64,000 nt of DNA from Candidatus Latescibacterota bacterium (GCA_965223905.1 CBDCXV010000011.1:1600001-1664000), one strand, 5' to 3'. Numbered from the stretch's first letter, positions 39,885-51,871 are shown. Notes: generated from the sequence alone by a model not told the origin. Translations and numbers: made by a program.

Positions 39885-40892
39885 TCAGCGCTTCCAGCCG
39901 ATTGCGATCCCCTGCTCGTGATCGAGGGGGCGGCACTCCGTCTCTGAAAAGCCGGCCTCGGCCATCAGCGCTTCGATTTCCGGACCCGTGCGCTGGTCTC
40001 CAGTCGTTCCTTACATCAGCCCGAACCACTGAAACACCGCGATCAGACCTGCGGTCTTATCCTCGTTCAACAGGTATTCCTGCACGAGCACCGGCGAGCC
40101 CGCAGGCAGGGCCTGGTGACACCGGCGCAGCAACCGGATGCAGTGCTCGTCATCCCAATCGTGGATTATGTGGGACATGAAGAACACGTCGATCCCCTCC
40201 GGGAAGGGATCGCGGAAGAAGTCGGCGGCGTGAAACCGAACCCTCTCTTCCGTTTTGCTCTGCCGGATGGCCGCTTCGGCGGTTTTCCGACTGTAGGGCA
40301 GGTCGACGACAATCCCCTGCAAGTGCGGGCAGCGCTCAGTCAGGCCGACCAGCACCCCGCCGGTGGCCCCGCCCAGGTCCCCAACGGTGCGAACGGACTG
40401 AAGTCCACGGCCTCGGCCAGGGCGTGACCCCACAGAATGCGCCAGCCGTGGCGGCTCGGCGCAAAGGCGGTGCTGTCCTCTTTCCCCTGGGGATTGGCCA
40501 GCCACTCGGGCAGGGCCTCGGGCACGGGGGCGTTGGTGAGCAGCGCCTCCTTCATGATCCGGTACCACCAGTCTTCTTCCGGGTCGGGAGTCTTGGGCAC
40601 AGTGCAAGCCCGGCCCCCCTCCAGCACCATCTCCCGCATCACTGGGTAGATGTAGTAGCGGTCGTCATCCATCCCCAGAACGCCCACGCATGCATTTGCC
40701 GCCAAGAGCACGGCGGGTGGGCCGCTCCTGAAGGCCGATCCGCCCGCTGACTTCTGAAACGGCAGCCGGCCCGTCCCGGAGGGCTTCGTTGAGACCGAAT
40801 TCCTCGGAAAGAACCCAGGCGGTCCTGGCCCTTTCGACATGGTGAAACTTGTAGGCGAAGTAGGGATCGGGCCCTTGCCCAATGGTAAGCAT
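39885..40892 (-). pseudogene. O-methyltransferase (Methyltransf_2 with dimerisation domain), disrupted
   Basis: DLGGATG, DLP, ADFFRDPFP, SHIIHDWDD spread over several frames; in-frame TAA at 40011-40013. Confidence 0.8.
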
Positions 40893-41168
40893 GGAGGAAT
40901 TCCCCCTTTGTTGAAAACAACCTATAATTTTTTGGGAAGGTGAAAAATCTCTGGAAAAACCGAAACAATGTTGCAGGCTTCTCCGCTAAGGATGGAAACC
41001 TACACCTCCAACTGCCGTTTCGAAATCAACCTATCAGGCTCACGCCAAAATAACAAAATACCTGCACCATGTCGCTTTCAAGACATTCGGGGGTTTTTCT
41101 TCAGGTTTCGGTAGGTAGAACCACTTGGCATCGAATCAAGTATAAAAGCTTTGGAATACAGAGTTCTG

Positions 41169-42082
41169 CTACTTGATGTTGGCTCTTTCATTCCCAAGAT
41201 TGAAAAAGGAAAATAGGTCTTCAGGGCGGTACTTTCCTCTGTTTACCTTACTTATGAATTCCTCGTGTTCCTTGATGAGATCCTGATCCCTGACAACCGT
41301 TGCGGGTCTCACCAGAAGTTTTCTAAAATCTCTTAGCCATTTCTTTGATCGTTTGTTTAATCGAACAAATGACAGTGTCAAATCAATTCGGACGTCCTCC
41401 CGTGAAATTTGGATTAATTCGCTTCTTCCTTTGGCCGACAAATTCTCGGGATAAACGCCAAGGGTTGTCTTTTCCTTCCTTCGATAACCGGATGCTCTCC
41501 GATATTGCGACTCCACATTTTGTCCAGTATCTCGGAAATAGATATTTTCTAAGGCGGAAACCATCTGAAGCCTATTGACTTGGTACACATCCCTACGAAG
41601 CTCAATATCGACAACAGGCTTGTTTCTATTCCCCACTGAGTACACGTAAGAATCAAATAAAATGATCCCAAGCTCTGGACCGATAGGAAAAAACACCTGA
41701 AGGCCTTTGGATCCCCACCCGGTATTACTGCCTGTTTGGTCAAATGAGAATAACTGATTGTATAGGACTACCGGATTGTCGGATGTTACAAATTCGACAT
41801 CTGTACGATTTACTAGCAGTTTGTATTTTAAATCAGTCAGTATTGGCAAGGCACTAGTTGCCATCCCGAGATAAAATGGCACTTTATTTCCTTCTGATCG
41901 GGAATTGTCCCTAAACAAGGGATTTCGCCATAAAAATAGTCCTTGTAGCATTGATTTTTCAAGTTTGCCCCTTGGATCCTTTTTTCGTTCGTAAGGTTCC
42001 ATATATTTACGCTTCTTCCATCCGCTGAAAACTTCCTCAGGTAAAACCGAGGTACGAAATGCTGTTTCTTATTTTTTGCCAT
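41169..42082 (-). pseudogene. DUF4238-family protein, frameshifted or internally deleted; low GC
   Basis: N-terminal KKQHFVPRFYLRKF..QCYKDYFYG in one frame; FVTSDNPV, FFPIGP in another. Confidence 0.75.
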
Positions 42083-42120
42083 TCCATTTATCCCCCCTTT
42101 GCCATTCCATTTATCCCCCC
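42075..42120. repeat. Exact 23-bp tandem duplication
   Basis: TTTGCCATTCCATTTATCCCCCC twice (42075-42097, 42098-42120). Confidence 0.9.
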
Positions 42121-42989
42121 TTCAAGATCGTTGGATTCGCGTACACATCAGGACGAATCTCGCTGACCGTACATCGGGGGTTCTTTTTCGCATCCTCGAC
42201 GACCTGCTTCGAAACCTCGACGACGACCATCCCCCCGCCGCCGGTGGTGTGCTCCCCCACCAGGCGGCCGCTCGGATCCACCGCAAGGCAATAACCCGGA
42301 AACCACGCGCGGCCGCTCAGGCCGGCCTGGTTGGCGAAGAACACGTACAAGCCGTTGTCGACCGCCCGGGCTGGAAGCAGGTACATGACCTCCTCCACAT
42401 GCGCCTTTACCTGCTCGCTCTGGTCGCCGTCGTCGCCGACCAGTTCCCCGTAGCCGCTGCCTCCGACCGGGAGTAGGAACAGCTCGGCCCCCTTCAGCGC
42501 GGCTGCCCGGAAGATCTCCGGGAATCTCACGTCGTAGCAGATCCCGACGCTGAAGGTCCAGCCCTGGGAGGTCACGACCGGCAATGTATCGCCGGGCAGG
42601 AACCACTTCCTCTCCGTCCCCTTCGGAAGGTGCAGCTTGCGGAAAGTCGCAAGGTGGCCCTCGGGCCCGACGATCAGGGCGCTGTTGAGAAAGCGCTCGC
42701 CGGCGGGCTCAATCAGCCCCACCACCGCGGTCATCTCCATCTCCCGGCACAGCGACTCCAGCCGCGGCCCGGTCACCGCCGCGGCGTACTTCGCGATCTC
42801 CATCGCCTCCGGGAAGGTCAGGTCCGACTTGTTCATCGAGCCGGTGACGCACTCTTCGGTGAACAGGGCGAAGGTCGCGCCTTGCGCGTGCGCCTCGCGC
42901 ATCCAGTGCTCGACGCGCTTCAGGTTCTCTTCCGGATCCCCCATTTCGCTGTGCATTGCGATCGCGGCGACCCGCGCCGTGTCATTCAT
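42111..42989 (-). CDS. Carbon-nitrogen hydrolase (nitrilase superfamily)
   Basis: Catalytic E-K-C in LFTEE, RKLHL, GICYDVRFPE; ARAVDN, ANQAG. Confidence 0.92.
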   Translation of the reverse strand: MNDTARVAAIAMHSEMGDPEENLKRVEHWMREAHAQGATFALFTEECVTGSMNKSDLTFPEAMEIAKYAAAVTGPRLESLCREMEMTAVVGLIEPAGERFLNSALIVGPEGHLATFRKLHLPKGTERKWFLPGDTLPVVTSQGWTFSVGICYDVRFPEIFRAAALKGAELFLLPVGGSGYGELVGDDGDQSEQVKAHVEEVMYLLPARAVDNGLYVFFANQAGLSGRAWFPGYCLAVDPSGRLVGEHTTGGGGMVVVEVSKQVVEDAKKNPRCTVSEIRPDVYANPTILKGG

Positions 42990-43325
42990 TCGTTTTCACT
43001 CAGATGCATGTGAGGGCTCCTGGCCATAAACCCATGCGAGGGCGGCCCCTCGGGTTCGTATGCAGCCGTTCGCCGCGTACATACTCGAACCCGGGAGGGG
43101 ACCGCAAGCAGGTCCCGGGCCCCGGATCGCGATTCTCTGGGCATCGGCTGATGACCCGGTTCGACTGGCTGTCGGAATATCAAACCGTCGCGAGCGCCGG
43201 TCACCTCCTGTCGACGATCCACGCAGCCGGCGTAGCGAACCCCGCCCTTTCGCACCATTTTCCTGGGCCGGCACCATCCCGCCGGAAACGAAGCAAACCG
43301 CATTCGGAGCTCGCGGACAAATCAA

Positions 43326-44972
43326 ATGAACGGCACCGAGCTCATCGCCCGGATACTCAAGACCGAAGGAGTCGAGTGGCTGGCCTGCTTCCCTTCCAAT
43401 CCGCTGATCGAAGCCGCGGCCAGAGAAGGAATCCGGCCCGTCATGTTCCGCCATGAACGCGGCGCCGTCATGGCCGCGGACGGGTACAGCCGCACCAGCG
43501 ACCGGCAGCGCTTCGGCGTCGTCGCGGTTCAGTCCCAGCCGGGCGCGGAGAACGCGATGGGCGGGCTGGCCCAGTCGTTCGCCGACAACGTTCCGATACT
43601 GATGTTGCCGGAGGGGGTGCAGCTGGACCGGATCGGAGTGCGGCCGAATTTCTCCGCCGCCCGGCAATACCAGGGCCTGGTAAAGCGGGTCGAGACGATC
43701 TACGCGCCGGACCAGGTCTCCGCGGTCATGCGGCGCGCCTTTCACGCGTTGCGCAACGGTCCCTCCGGTCCCGTGGTGGTCGAGATGCCCGCGGACGTGT
43801 GCGCCCGGGAAGTGCCGGCGGACGCGCCGGAGTACCGCGCTCCCGGGATGTCGCTTCAGGCGCCGTCGAACGGCGACGTGAAGGATGCAGCAAAGCTGCT
43901 GCTGGAAGCGGGAAAACCCCTGATATGGGCCGGTGCCGGCGTCCTCTTTTCCGGGGCCGGCAGGGAACTGAAGGAGCTGGCGGAGCTGACCGGAATCCCG
44001 GTGTTCTGCACCCTGGCGGGCAAATCCGCTTTCGACGAACGGCACCCCCTGTCGCTGGGCGCCGGCAGCCGGGCGATGAACCTGGCGGCCCGCACCTCGA
44101 TCCTCGAATGCGACCTGCTGCTGGCGGTCGGCGCCAGCCTGAGCCGGTCCCCCTACTCTCACGAGATCCGGTCGGAAACCGTCATCATCCAGAACAGCAG
44201 CAACCCGGAAGACATCAACAAGGACGAAGCGGCCGCCGTCGGCCTGATCGGGGATGCCCGGCTGACCCTGGAAGCTCTCGTCGACGAGGTGCGAACCCGG
44301 GTCGGGAAGCCGGGCCGCGAGGAGCGGAAACGGCGGATTGCCGCGGAGATTGCCGCCCTGAAAGAGCAATGGCTGGCGGAGTGGACGCCGCTGCTGAACT
44401 CACCGGAACAACCTCTCAACCCCTACCGGGTTATCCAGGCGATCGATCGCACTCTCGACAGGGAGAACAGCATCGTCACCCACGACGCCGGCGCCCCGCG
44501 CGATTCGATGGTCCCCTTCTACACCGCCACCGCACCCCACAGCTACGTCGGCTGGGGGCGGACCACCCATTTGGGCTTCGGCATCCCCCTGATGATCGGA
44601 GCCAAGCTCGCCCACCCCGACAAGTTCTGCCTCAACCTGATGGGGGACGGCGCCTTCGGCATGTCCGGGCTCGACATCGAAACCGCGGTGCGCGCCCAGG
44701 TGCCGATCACGACCGTGGTGCTCGACAACGGGGGCATGGCGACCTACCCGGGCGGCTTTCCGACCGCCCGCGAGCGCTACGGGGTTTCGCAGATGACGGG
44801 GAACTACGCCGGGCTGGCCGAAGCGATGGGCGCCGCCGGCATCGTCGTCAAGGAGGCGGACGAGCTGGTTCCCGCCCTCGAGCGGGCGCAGCGGCTCAAT
44901 GCCGAGGGGCGGACGGTGCTGCTCGACGTCCACTGCCGCATTGAGTTCCGGCAGTCGCGCTGGGACCGCTAG
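43326..44972 (+). CDS. Thiamine pyrophosphate-requiring enzyme (acetolactate synthase-like)
   Basis: RHERGAVMAADGYSR, GPVVVEMPAD, HDAGAP, GDGAFG..N TPP motif. Confidence 0.92.
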   Translation: MNGTELIARILKTEGVEWLACFPSNPLIEAAAREGIRPVMFRHERGAVMAADGYSRTSDRQRFGVVAVQSQPGAENAMGGLAQSFADNVPILMLPEGVQLDRIGVRPNFSAARQYQGLVKRVETIYAPDQVSAVMRRAFHALRNGPSGPVVVEMPADVCAREVPADAPEYRAPGMSLQAPSNGDVKDAAKLLLEAGKPLIWAGAGVLFSGAGRELKELAELTGIPVFCTLAGKSAFDERHPLSLGAGSRAMNLAARTSILECDLLLAVGASLSRSPYSHEIRSETVIIQNSSNPEDINKDEAAAVGLIGDARLTLEALVDEVRTRVGKPGREERKRRIAAEIAALKEQWLAEWTPLLNSPEQPLNPYRVIQAIDRTLDRENSIVTHDAGAPRDSMVPFYTATAPHSYVGWGRTTHLGFGIPLMIGAKLAHPDKFCLNLMGDGAFGMSGLDIETAVRAQVPITTVVLDNGGMATYPGGFPTARERYGVSQMTGNYAGLAEAMGAAGIVVKEADELVPALERAQRLNAEGRTVLLDVHCRIEFRQSRWDR

Positions 44973-45029
44973 CGTGCTGAATGAGATTCCGACCCAACGA
45001 TCCCCAACCCACAATCAGGAGGAAACAAG

Positions 45030-46142
45030 ATGGCAGAATACCGCGGAGGCGTAATCGGCCTTGGCTACATGGGCATGCTCTACGACCTGACCTACAACAA
45101 CCGCCACCCCGACCGCTACCACGTCGACGACATCGACCGCCCCACCCCCGAGCTCGACGTCCACCGCACCTTCCACCACTACGAGTACCCCGGCGCCTGG
45201 GTTCCCACTTCCTACGCCGAGGCTCTCGTCGACCGGCCGGAAATCGACCTGGTCGCAGGGGCCGACCGAGATCCCAAACGGATCGAGGTCTTCAGCGAGC
45301 GCTACGGCGTCGACGCCGTCTACACCGACGCCTATGAGATGCTGCGCGAGGAACGCCTCGACATCGTCGCCATCGCCACCAACACCAAGGGGCGCGCCGA
45401 CCTGACCTGCGCCGCGGTCGAGGCCGGGGCCAGGGCGATCGTGACCGACAAGCCGATGTGCCACTCGCTGGAGGAGGCCGACCGCATGGTCAAGGCCTGC
45501 GCCGAAGCCGGAGTACCTCTCTCCTGCGGGGCCATCACCACCACCCACCCTTCCTTCGGCCACGCCAGGAAGCTGGTGCAGGAGGGAGCCATCGGCGAGG
45601 TAGTCTCGATGGAGACGACGGGACCGGGGGCCCAGCACCAGAACTGGTCCTACTTCCTCGACTCCGCCCCCGCCTGGGTCGTCGGCACCGGCCACCGGCA
45701 GGAGAACGAGAGCAACGAATTCCGCGGCCAGGGGTTTCTCGTCGCAGAAGACGGATTGATCGTCCATTTCCGTCGCGGCGCCCCCCAGCTTCGCATAACC
45801 GGCACCATCGGCGAGCTGGTCCACGACTGGTCGAATGGATGGCGCAAGTGGTCGGAAATGGAAGTGCCTCTGATGCCCGAGGGCAGGAAGATGGCCAAGG
45901 TTCGGGTCGAGCTGCCCTGGGACGGCCCGCAGACCGGCATTTACGGGGCGATCTTCTCACTCGCCGACGTCATGGACTGTCTTGCCGGCAAGCTCGACGA
46001 ACCGAAGAATTCCGGCCGCCGGGTGGCCGTTGCCCTGGAGGCCAGCCTCGCCCTGAAGGAATCCTCCGCCCGCAACGGCGCCCGCGTGGATTTTCCCCTG
46101 GCCGACCGCTCGCTCCGTGAGGAGTACGACTGGTTCAGGTAG
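45030..46142 (+). CDS. Gfo/Idh/MocA family oxidoreductase
   Basis: RBS AGGAGG; GVIGLGYMG, LDIVAIAT, IVTDKPM, GAIGEV. Confidence 0.85.
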   Translation: MAEYRGGVIGLGYMGMLYDLTYNNRHPDRYHVDDIDRPTPELDVHRTFHHYEYPGAWVPTSYAEALVDRPEIDLVAGADRDPKRIEVFSERYGVDAVYTDAYEMLREERLDIVAIATNTKGRADLTCAAVEAGARAIVTDKPMCHSLEEADRMVKACAEAGVPLSCGAITTTHPSFGHARKLVQEGAIGEVVSMETTGPGAQHQNWSYFLDSAPAWVVGTGHRQENESNEFRGQGFLVAEDGLIVHFRRGAPQLRITGTIGELVHDWSNGWRKWSEMEVPLMPEGRKMAKVRVELPWDGPQTGIYGAIFSLADVMDCLAGKLDEPKNSGRRVAVALEASLALKESSARNGARVDFPLADRSLREEYDWFR

Positions 46143-46258
46143 GACCGGGCACTCCGGGCAACTGCGACCGGCATTTCAGTCTGGCGCGGTCCCCGTATCT
46201 CGGTCCGGGAAGTCAGCGGCAGACGCTGGTGTTACGGCAGCTCCGAGCCACCGTTCCC

Positions 46259-47104
46259 CTAGTTGGCCACGAAGTGCCGGTAGAGCGGCTTCACCTCTTC
46301 GGGAAGCCCTTCGTACACGTCGCGGCGCAGCGGCTCCATTTCGTAGTTCTTCCCGCGGGTCTCCACCACCATCATCTCGTGCTCCGGTGTGCCTGTCTGC
46401 GCCGGATTCAGGTTCAGCCACCAGGGAGCGTAGCGCACGATCAGCGCCACCCGGGGGCTGCCGCTCCGGTTGGGGGCCACTGCGTGCCACTGCCGGCTGT
46501 CGGAGAGCAGCACCGCTCCCGCCCTGCCCTCGGCGTGGACCTCGGCCGGCTGGGGTGCCTCGTGGTCGAACCCGGGGAGGTCTCCCTTCGCCGGATTGTG
46601 GTCCTTCCGGTGCGTGCCCGGCAACAGCAGCGTCCCTCCGTTGGCGGCGGTGAAATCGGTCAGCATCCACAGCGACGACGCGTGCATCATCACGTCCGGG
46701 TAGGGGGCGGGGACATTGGAGGCGTTCGTCTGGTTGAAGGGCCAGTCCGCGTGCCAGTAGCCGCGCTCGTTCCCGGGGTGGTTCACCACGGCGTCGGTGC
46801 ATGAGATCCGCAGCCAGGGACCGAAGAAGATCTCGAGTGCCCCGACGATCCGCCGGTCGGCCAGGTACGGCGCGAACGACTGGTCGTGGTTTATCGCCTG
46901 CTTGAGCACGCCGACGCCGCGGGCTCCGATGCGGTGGCCCCTGGCGCGGGTCGCCTTTTCCCTGGCCTGGTTGGCGGCGTCGTTGGCCTCCTGGGCCCGG
47001 ACGACGCGCTCCCGAATCCTGCCGACCTCCCCGGCGGGGATGACGTCCTCGACGATACAGTAGCCGTTTTGCCTGATCTGCTCCGCTATTTCAGTTGGTT
47101 CCAT
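46259..47104 (-). CDS. Phytanoyl-CoA dioxygenase (PhyH) family enzyme
   Basis: QNGYCIVEDVI, WHADWP, DFTAANGGT..LPGTH, WHAVAPNRS..PR. Confidence 0.9.
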   Translation of the reverse strand: MEPTEIAEQIRQNGYCIVEDVIPAGEVGRIRERVVRAQEANDAANQAREKATRARGHRIGARGVGVLKQAINHDQSFAPYLADRRIVGALEIFFGPWLRISCTDAVVNHPGNERGYWHADWPFNQTNASNVPAPYPDVMMHASSLWMLTDFTAANGGTLLLPGTHRKDHNPAKGDLPGFDHEAPQPAEVHAEGRAGAVLLSDSRQWHAVAPNRSGSPRVALIVRYAPWWLNLNPAQTGTPEHEMMVVETRGKNYEMEPLRRDVYEGLPEEVKPLYRHFVAN

Positions 47105-47338
47105 GCGGCTGTCCTTTGCCCGAGTGTCGGGTCGGTTGTCCGGACCGAAGGAATGAGGAAACGCAATCCCCTGGCAAGTTGGATGGCCCTGTGTGTTGCA
47201 TGATTGGCGCCCGGGTGTTCGGGCCGGCCGCATGGGCAACCCACCATGCATCCACATCAATAAAACGGCGGCTTTGCCATCGCCCCCCACTGCCGCCGGT
47301 TTTTCCTGCTCAGGTATCCTGCCCTCGTTCTGATCAGC

Positions 47339-48706
47339 TCAGAACCGCAGCGAGAACACCGTCCGCACCCCCGGTTGCGAGCGCACCGAGATGGAGCCGC
47401 GGTGCAGCCTCATGATCTGGCGGCACAGGCTCAGTCCGATTCCCGAGCCGTTCTGCCTGGTCGTGAAGAAGGGGATGAAGAGCTTGCCGAGCGCCTCCTC
47501 GACGATCCCCGTCCCGTTGTCCGCGACCTCGACGACGACCTTCCCCCGCGCCAGGTGAGCGCTCAGGTCGACGCGCGCCCCGGCGCCGCCCTCGGTGGCT
47601 TCGCAGGCGTTGCTCAGCAGGTTGATGAGGACCTGCTCGACCTGCCCCGGATCCGCGGTCAGCTCGAGGCCGGGGGGATCGACCTCGGTGTGAAGCTCGA
47701 TCCCTGACTCGGCGAACTGGGGCCGCAGCAGCTGTTCGACTCGGGAGAAAACGCCGGCCACCGGGACGATCTCGAACGAAGGCGCCGGCACCCGGGTGAG
47801 GCCGCGGTAGGCTTCGACGAACTGCATCAGGCCCTCGCTGCGCCGCTGGATGGTGCCGACCGCGGTGCGGATGTCTTCGGCGGTCTCCCCGTCGAGGCCC
47901 CCTTCCTTCAGCATGCCGTCCGCGGTGGCCGCCAGCGAGGCGATCGGGGTGATGGAGTTCATGATCTCGTGGGTCAGCACGCGGATCAGGTTCTGCCAGG
48001 CCTCCGTCTCCTTTTCGTCGAGGTCGGGACCGATGTCCTGGAGCGCCACCAGGGTGTGCTCACGGTCCTCCGTGCGGAACACCGAGGCGTGCAGGGCGAG
48101 CTGGATCTCCTCCAAGCGCACCAGGTCGCGGCCCCGGGGCCCGAGTTTTTTCAGGGCCGCGGCCAGGCCGGGACTTACGCGGTCGAGGTCGGCGATGTCG
48201 CCCAACCGGGGCACCCCCAGAAGGCGCGTGGCGGCGTTGTTGATCAGCGACACCCTGCCGCCGCGGTCGAACACGAGCAGGCCGACGCCGATATGCTGCA
48301 CCACGGTCTGCAGGTAGCGCGCCTGTTCCTCCTTCTCCGCCCGCGCCAGACGGAAGGCGTCGAGGACCTCGTTGAACGCCGTCTTGAGCTCGTCGAAGGA
48401 GGAGCCGAGACCGCCGGTGACGAAGGTCTGCGAGAAGTCGGCGTAACGGATGGCGGCGAGGAAGCGGGCCAGGTCGCGGTTGGTGCGGTCGACGAAATGG
48501 ACGAGGCCGTAGATCTGGTAGAGCAGGAGGAGGGCGGCGGCGACGGTAACGGCGGGGTAGCTCCATCCTCCCGCCGTCGTGTGGAACAGCAGCCACAGGG
48601 TGGCGCCGAGAAGAAGGACGCGGAGCAGGATCCGCGCGCGGAAGGAGCGGCAGCCCTGAATCAGGCGGCGCGGCAGATTCGTCAGGTCCCGGACTTCAGA
48701 GGCCAT
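47339..48706 (-). CDS. Sensor histidine kinase (PAS, NtrY/NtrB-like)
   Basis: Two TM helices; H-box LTHEIMNSITPI; QVLINLLSNA, DNGTG, FIPFFTT, GSGIGLSL. Confidence 0.92.
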   Translation of the reverse strand: MASEVRDLTNLPRRLIQGCRSFRARILLRVLLLGATLWLLFHTTAGGWSYPAVTVAAALLLLYQIYGLVHFVDRTNRDLARFLAAIRYADFSQTFVTGGLGSSFDELKTAFNEVLDAFRLARAEKEEQARYLQTVVQHIGVGLLVFDRGGRVSLINNAATRLLGVPRLGDIADLDRVSPGLAAALKKLGPRGRDLVRLEEIQLALHASVFRTEDREHTLVALQDIGPDLDEKETEAWQNLIRVLTHEIMNSITPIASLAATADGMLKEGGLDGETAEDIRTAVGTIQRRSEGLMQFVEAYRGLTRVPAPSFEIVPVAGVFSRVEQLLRPQFAESGIELHTEVDPPGLELTADPGQVEQVLINLLSNACEATEGGAGARVDLSAHLARGKVVVEVADNGTGIVEEALGKLFIPFFTTRQNGSGIGLSLCRQIMRLHRGSISVRSQPGVRTVFSLRF

Positions 48707-48747
48707 GCTTCTCCATGCGGCAGCAGAGGGCGGTGCGGCTCAGTCCG
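48696..48747 (-). repeat. Displaced copy of the 3' end of the NtrC-family gene (direct repeat of 49920-49971)
   Basis: 45/52 nt identical by manual alignment; encodes GLSRTALCCRMEKHGL* versus GLTRTALYRRMERYGL*. Confidence 0.85.
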
Positions 48748-48795
48748 GGTCTTGTGAAGTGCGTTGTGCCGCTGGTCGCCAACGATTGGGCAGGA

Positions 48796-49184
48796 TTACG
48801 GTGGAAGGCTCAGCAGTACATCCGCCGGAATGCCCAGATGCTTTCTCAATGCGCCAACCTGCCGAAGGGAAAGAGGGCGGATTCCGCTGAAAAATTCCGA
48901 GGTCCGGCTTCTGCCTCCCAACCATTTCGCCAGGTCCGCCCGCGTAAGCCCCTTCTGCTCCAGGACGGAGTCGACCACTTCCTGGGGAGTGGCTGCTCGA
49001 AAGCAGGCACATGAGCGTCTTCATAAGCCTGCACCAGTACCGACAGGAACTCTAGCCGATCATACGCCTCGGACCCTGGCGGAGGATCGCTGTCGAGAAG
49101 GGCGTCGATTTCCGCGACGGCGGCATCGTACTCCTCCTCGTTCCTCAACAGGTGAGGTTGGGTGAAATCGAGCACTTCAGCCAC
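48796..49184 (-). pseudogene. HigA-like HTH antitoxin, frameshifted
   Basis: LRNEEEYDAA..DRLEFLSVLVQAYE then, in a shifted frame, GLTRADLA..GGRSRTSEFFSG.RPLS..LGIPADVL. Confidence 0.78.
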
Positions 49185-49609
49185 TCAGATGTCGCGCCAA
49201 CTCTTGGCTTCCACGAACAGCGAAAGATGGCCGATATTGTCTGTGACGATGGTGGCTCCGACTTCCCGGGCTTGAGCTGCAAGAATCACGTCGCAATCCA
49301 GTTCTTTGGATCGGCAGTCGGGCGACCTCGTTGTCTTGCTTCGGCCCATAACTGGGCGGCGCGCAACATAACGGCGGTGGTAACAGGCAAGTACGGCAGG
49401 GCCTGTTCGAGTTGGTCGAGGCGACAAACGCCCATCTCACGTCGGGCGCGGATTAACTCACGCCGTACTTCATAGTCGGAAATTTCGGGAATCATAACCG
49501 TTGTCTCAGTTGCCAACAGTTGGTCGAACCACTGAGCAAACGCGGGATTCTGCCGTGGATGGGACGCCTGTCCCAGAACTCCGGCATCGAACAGGAGTAC
49601 GTCAGGCAC
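49185..49609 (-). pseudogene. PIN-domain (VapC-like) toxin, frameshifted
   Basis: LLFDAGVLG, IPEISDYEVRREL, AAQLWAEARQRG.PTAD then shifted frame ELDCDVILAAQA..IVTDN.GHL. Confidence 0.78.
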
Positions 49610-49805
49610 TGCATAGCTTTCTATGACCAGAGCGGTTGACCTCCAGATTTTGCTTGAGGTTGGACCACGTTGCCTCTTCATAGCCGGATTCGTCGGCCAA
49701 CCAGGCAGACAAGAGTCGTCGTGCCTTGGTATTTCCCTGATGCTGGGTCATGCCGTCTGTGCGTGCCGCTGGTCTTGCTACCTTTTCAGTCTGTAGATCG
49801 GTCAT
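49602..49805 (-). CDS. Small putative antitoxin upstream of the PIN gene
   Basis: RBS AAGGAGG; 67 aa overlapping the PIN start. Confidence 0.55.
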   Translation of the reverse strand: MTDLQTEKVARPAARTDGMTQHQGNTKARRLLSAWLADESGYEEATWSNLKQNLEVNRSGHRKLCSA

Positions 49806-49919
49806 GCTTCCTCCTTCAGATTTCTTCCACTCGCCATAGTTGAACCTACTCTACACTGTGTCAGCCTGCCCAAAGGAAAAGGGCAGATCGGATACTGCAA
49901 AATCCGCAGGTAAGGCTTC

Positions 49920-51296
<1,377 letters not shown>

Positions 51297-51746
51297 GGAA
51301 GTTCATGTGGCGAGGCCAAGGAATTCGCGGCCGCGGCCATGGAAAGGCCCCGAGCGCAGGCAAAGCTTCGAGACGCGGATTCCCGCCTGCGAGCCTGGGA
51401 CATGGGAAATGCGGAGTTCGGGCGCCACCCCGCGCATTGGCGGCGGGGCCGCGGGTTCGGAGAATCGACGTTGCTGGGCCGCTGGGGAGTACCGCCTCCC
51501 GGGGGCGGGCCCGACGAGCCGGCACCGGGCCGGCATCGGGGCACGAGTTCTGGTATGGATTCGAGACGCCGCACTTCAGCATGCGGGCCGGGCGCTTCCG
51601 GCTGCGGCCGTGGAAAATGCCCCCGAACGCAGGCCAGGCTTGGAGACGCGGGATTCCAGCGCTCGAGCCGGGAGGCCTTGGCAATGGGAGTCCGGGGGCC
51701 ACGCGGCGGCCGCTTGCAAGGGCTGGAGGAATGCCCTGGCAGGGTT

Positions 51747-51789
51747 CCAAGTGTACGCCAGCGGACACCAAGTGTATCGCCAGCGGACA
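51747..51789 (+). promoter_or_regulatory. Tandem enhancer-like (UAS) sites for a sigma54 activator
   Basis: CCAAGTGTACGCCAGCGGACA followed by CCAAGTGTATCGCCAGCGGACA (TGT-N10/N11-ACA dyads). Confidence 0.6.
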
Positions 51790-51855
51790 GTCAAGGCCCC
51801 CCTTCCGTCGGGGCGATTCGTTTCATCCCGTTGTTTTCCAGAAGGTTAGGTGACA

Positions 51856-51871
51856 TAGCACGCATTTTGCT
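51856..51871 (+). promoter_or_regulatory. Sigma54 -24/-12 promoter-like element with variant -24 box
   Basis: TAGCACG-CATT-TTGCT versus consensus TGGCACG-N4-TTGCW, upstream of the adaptor gene. Confidence 0.55.

Noticed and set aside
17930-40013. In-frame TAA codons in two genes suggesting stop-codon reassignment
   Set aside because: TAA ends several intact genes here (3242, 26340, 53267), and both affected genes have other lesions.
40960-49900. Integron cassette array explaining the low-GC DUF4238 and TA genes
   Set aside because: No convincing attC sites or integron integrase seen, and the genes are dispersed.
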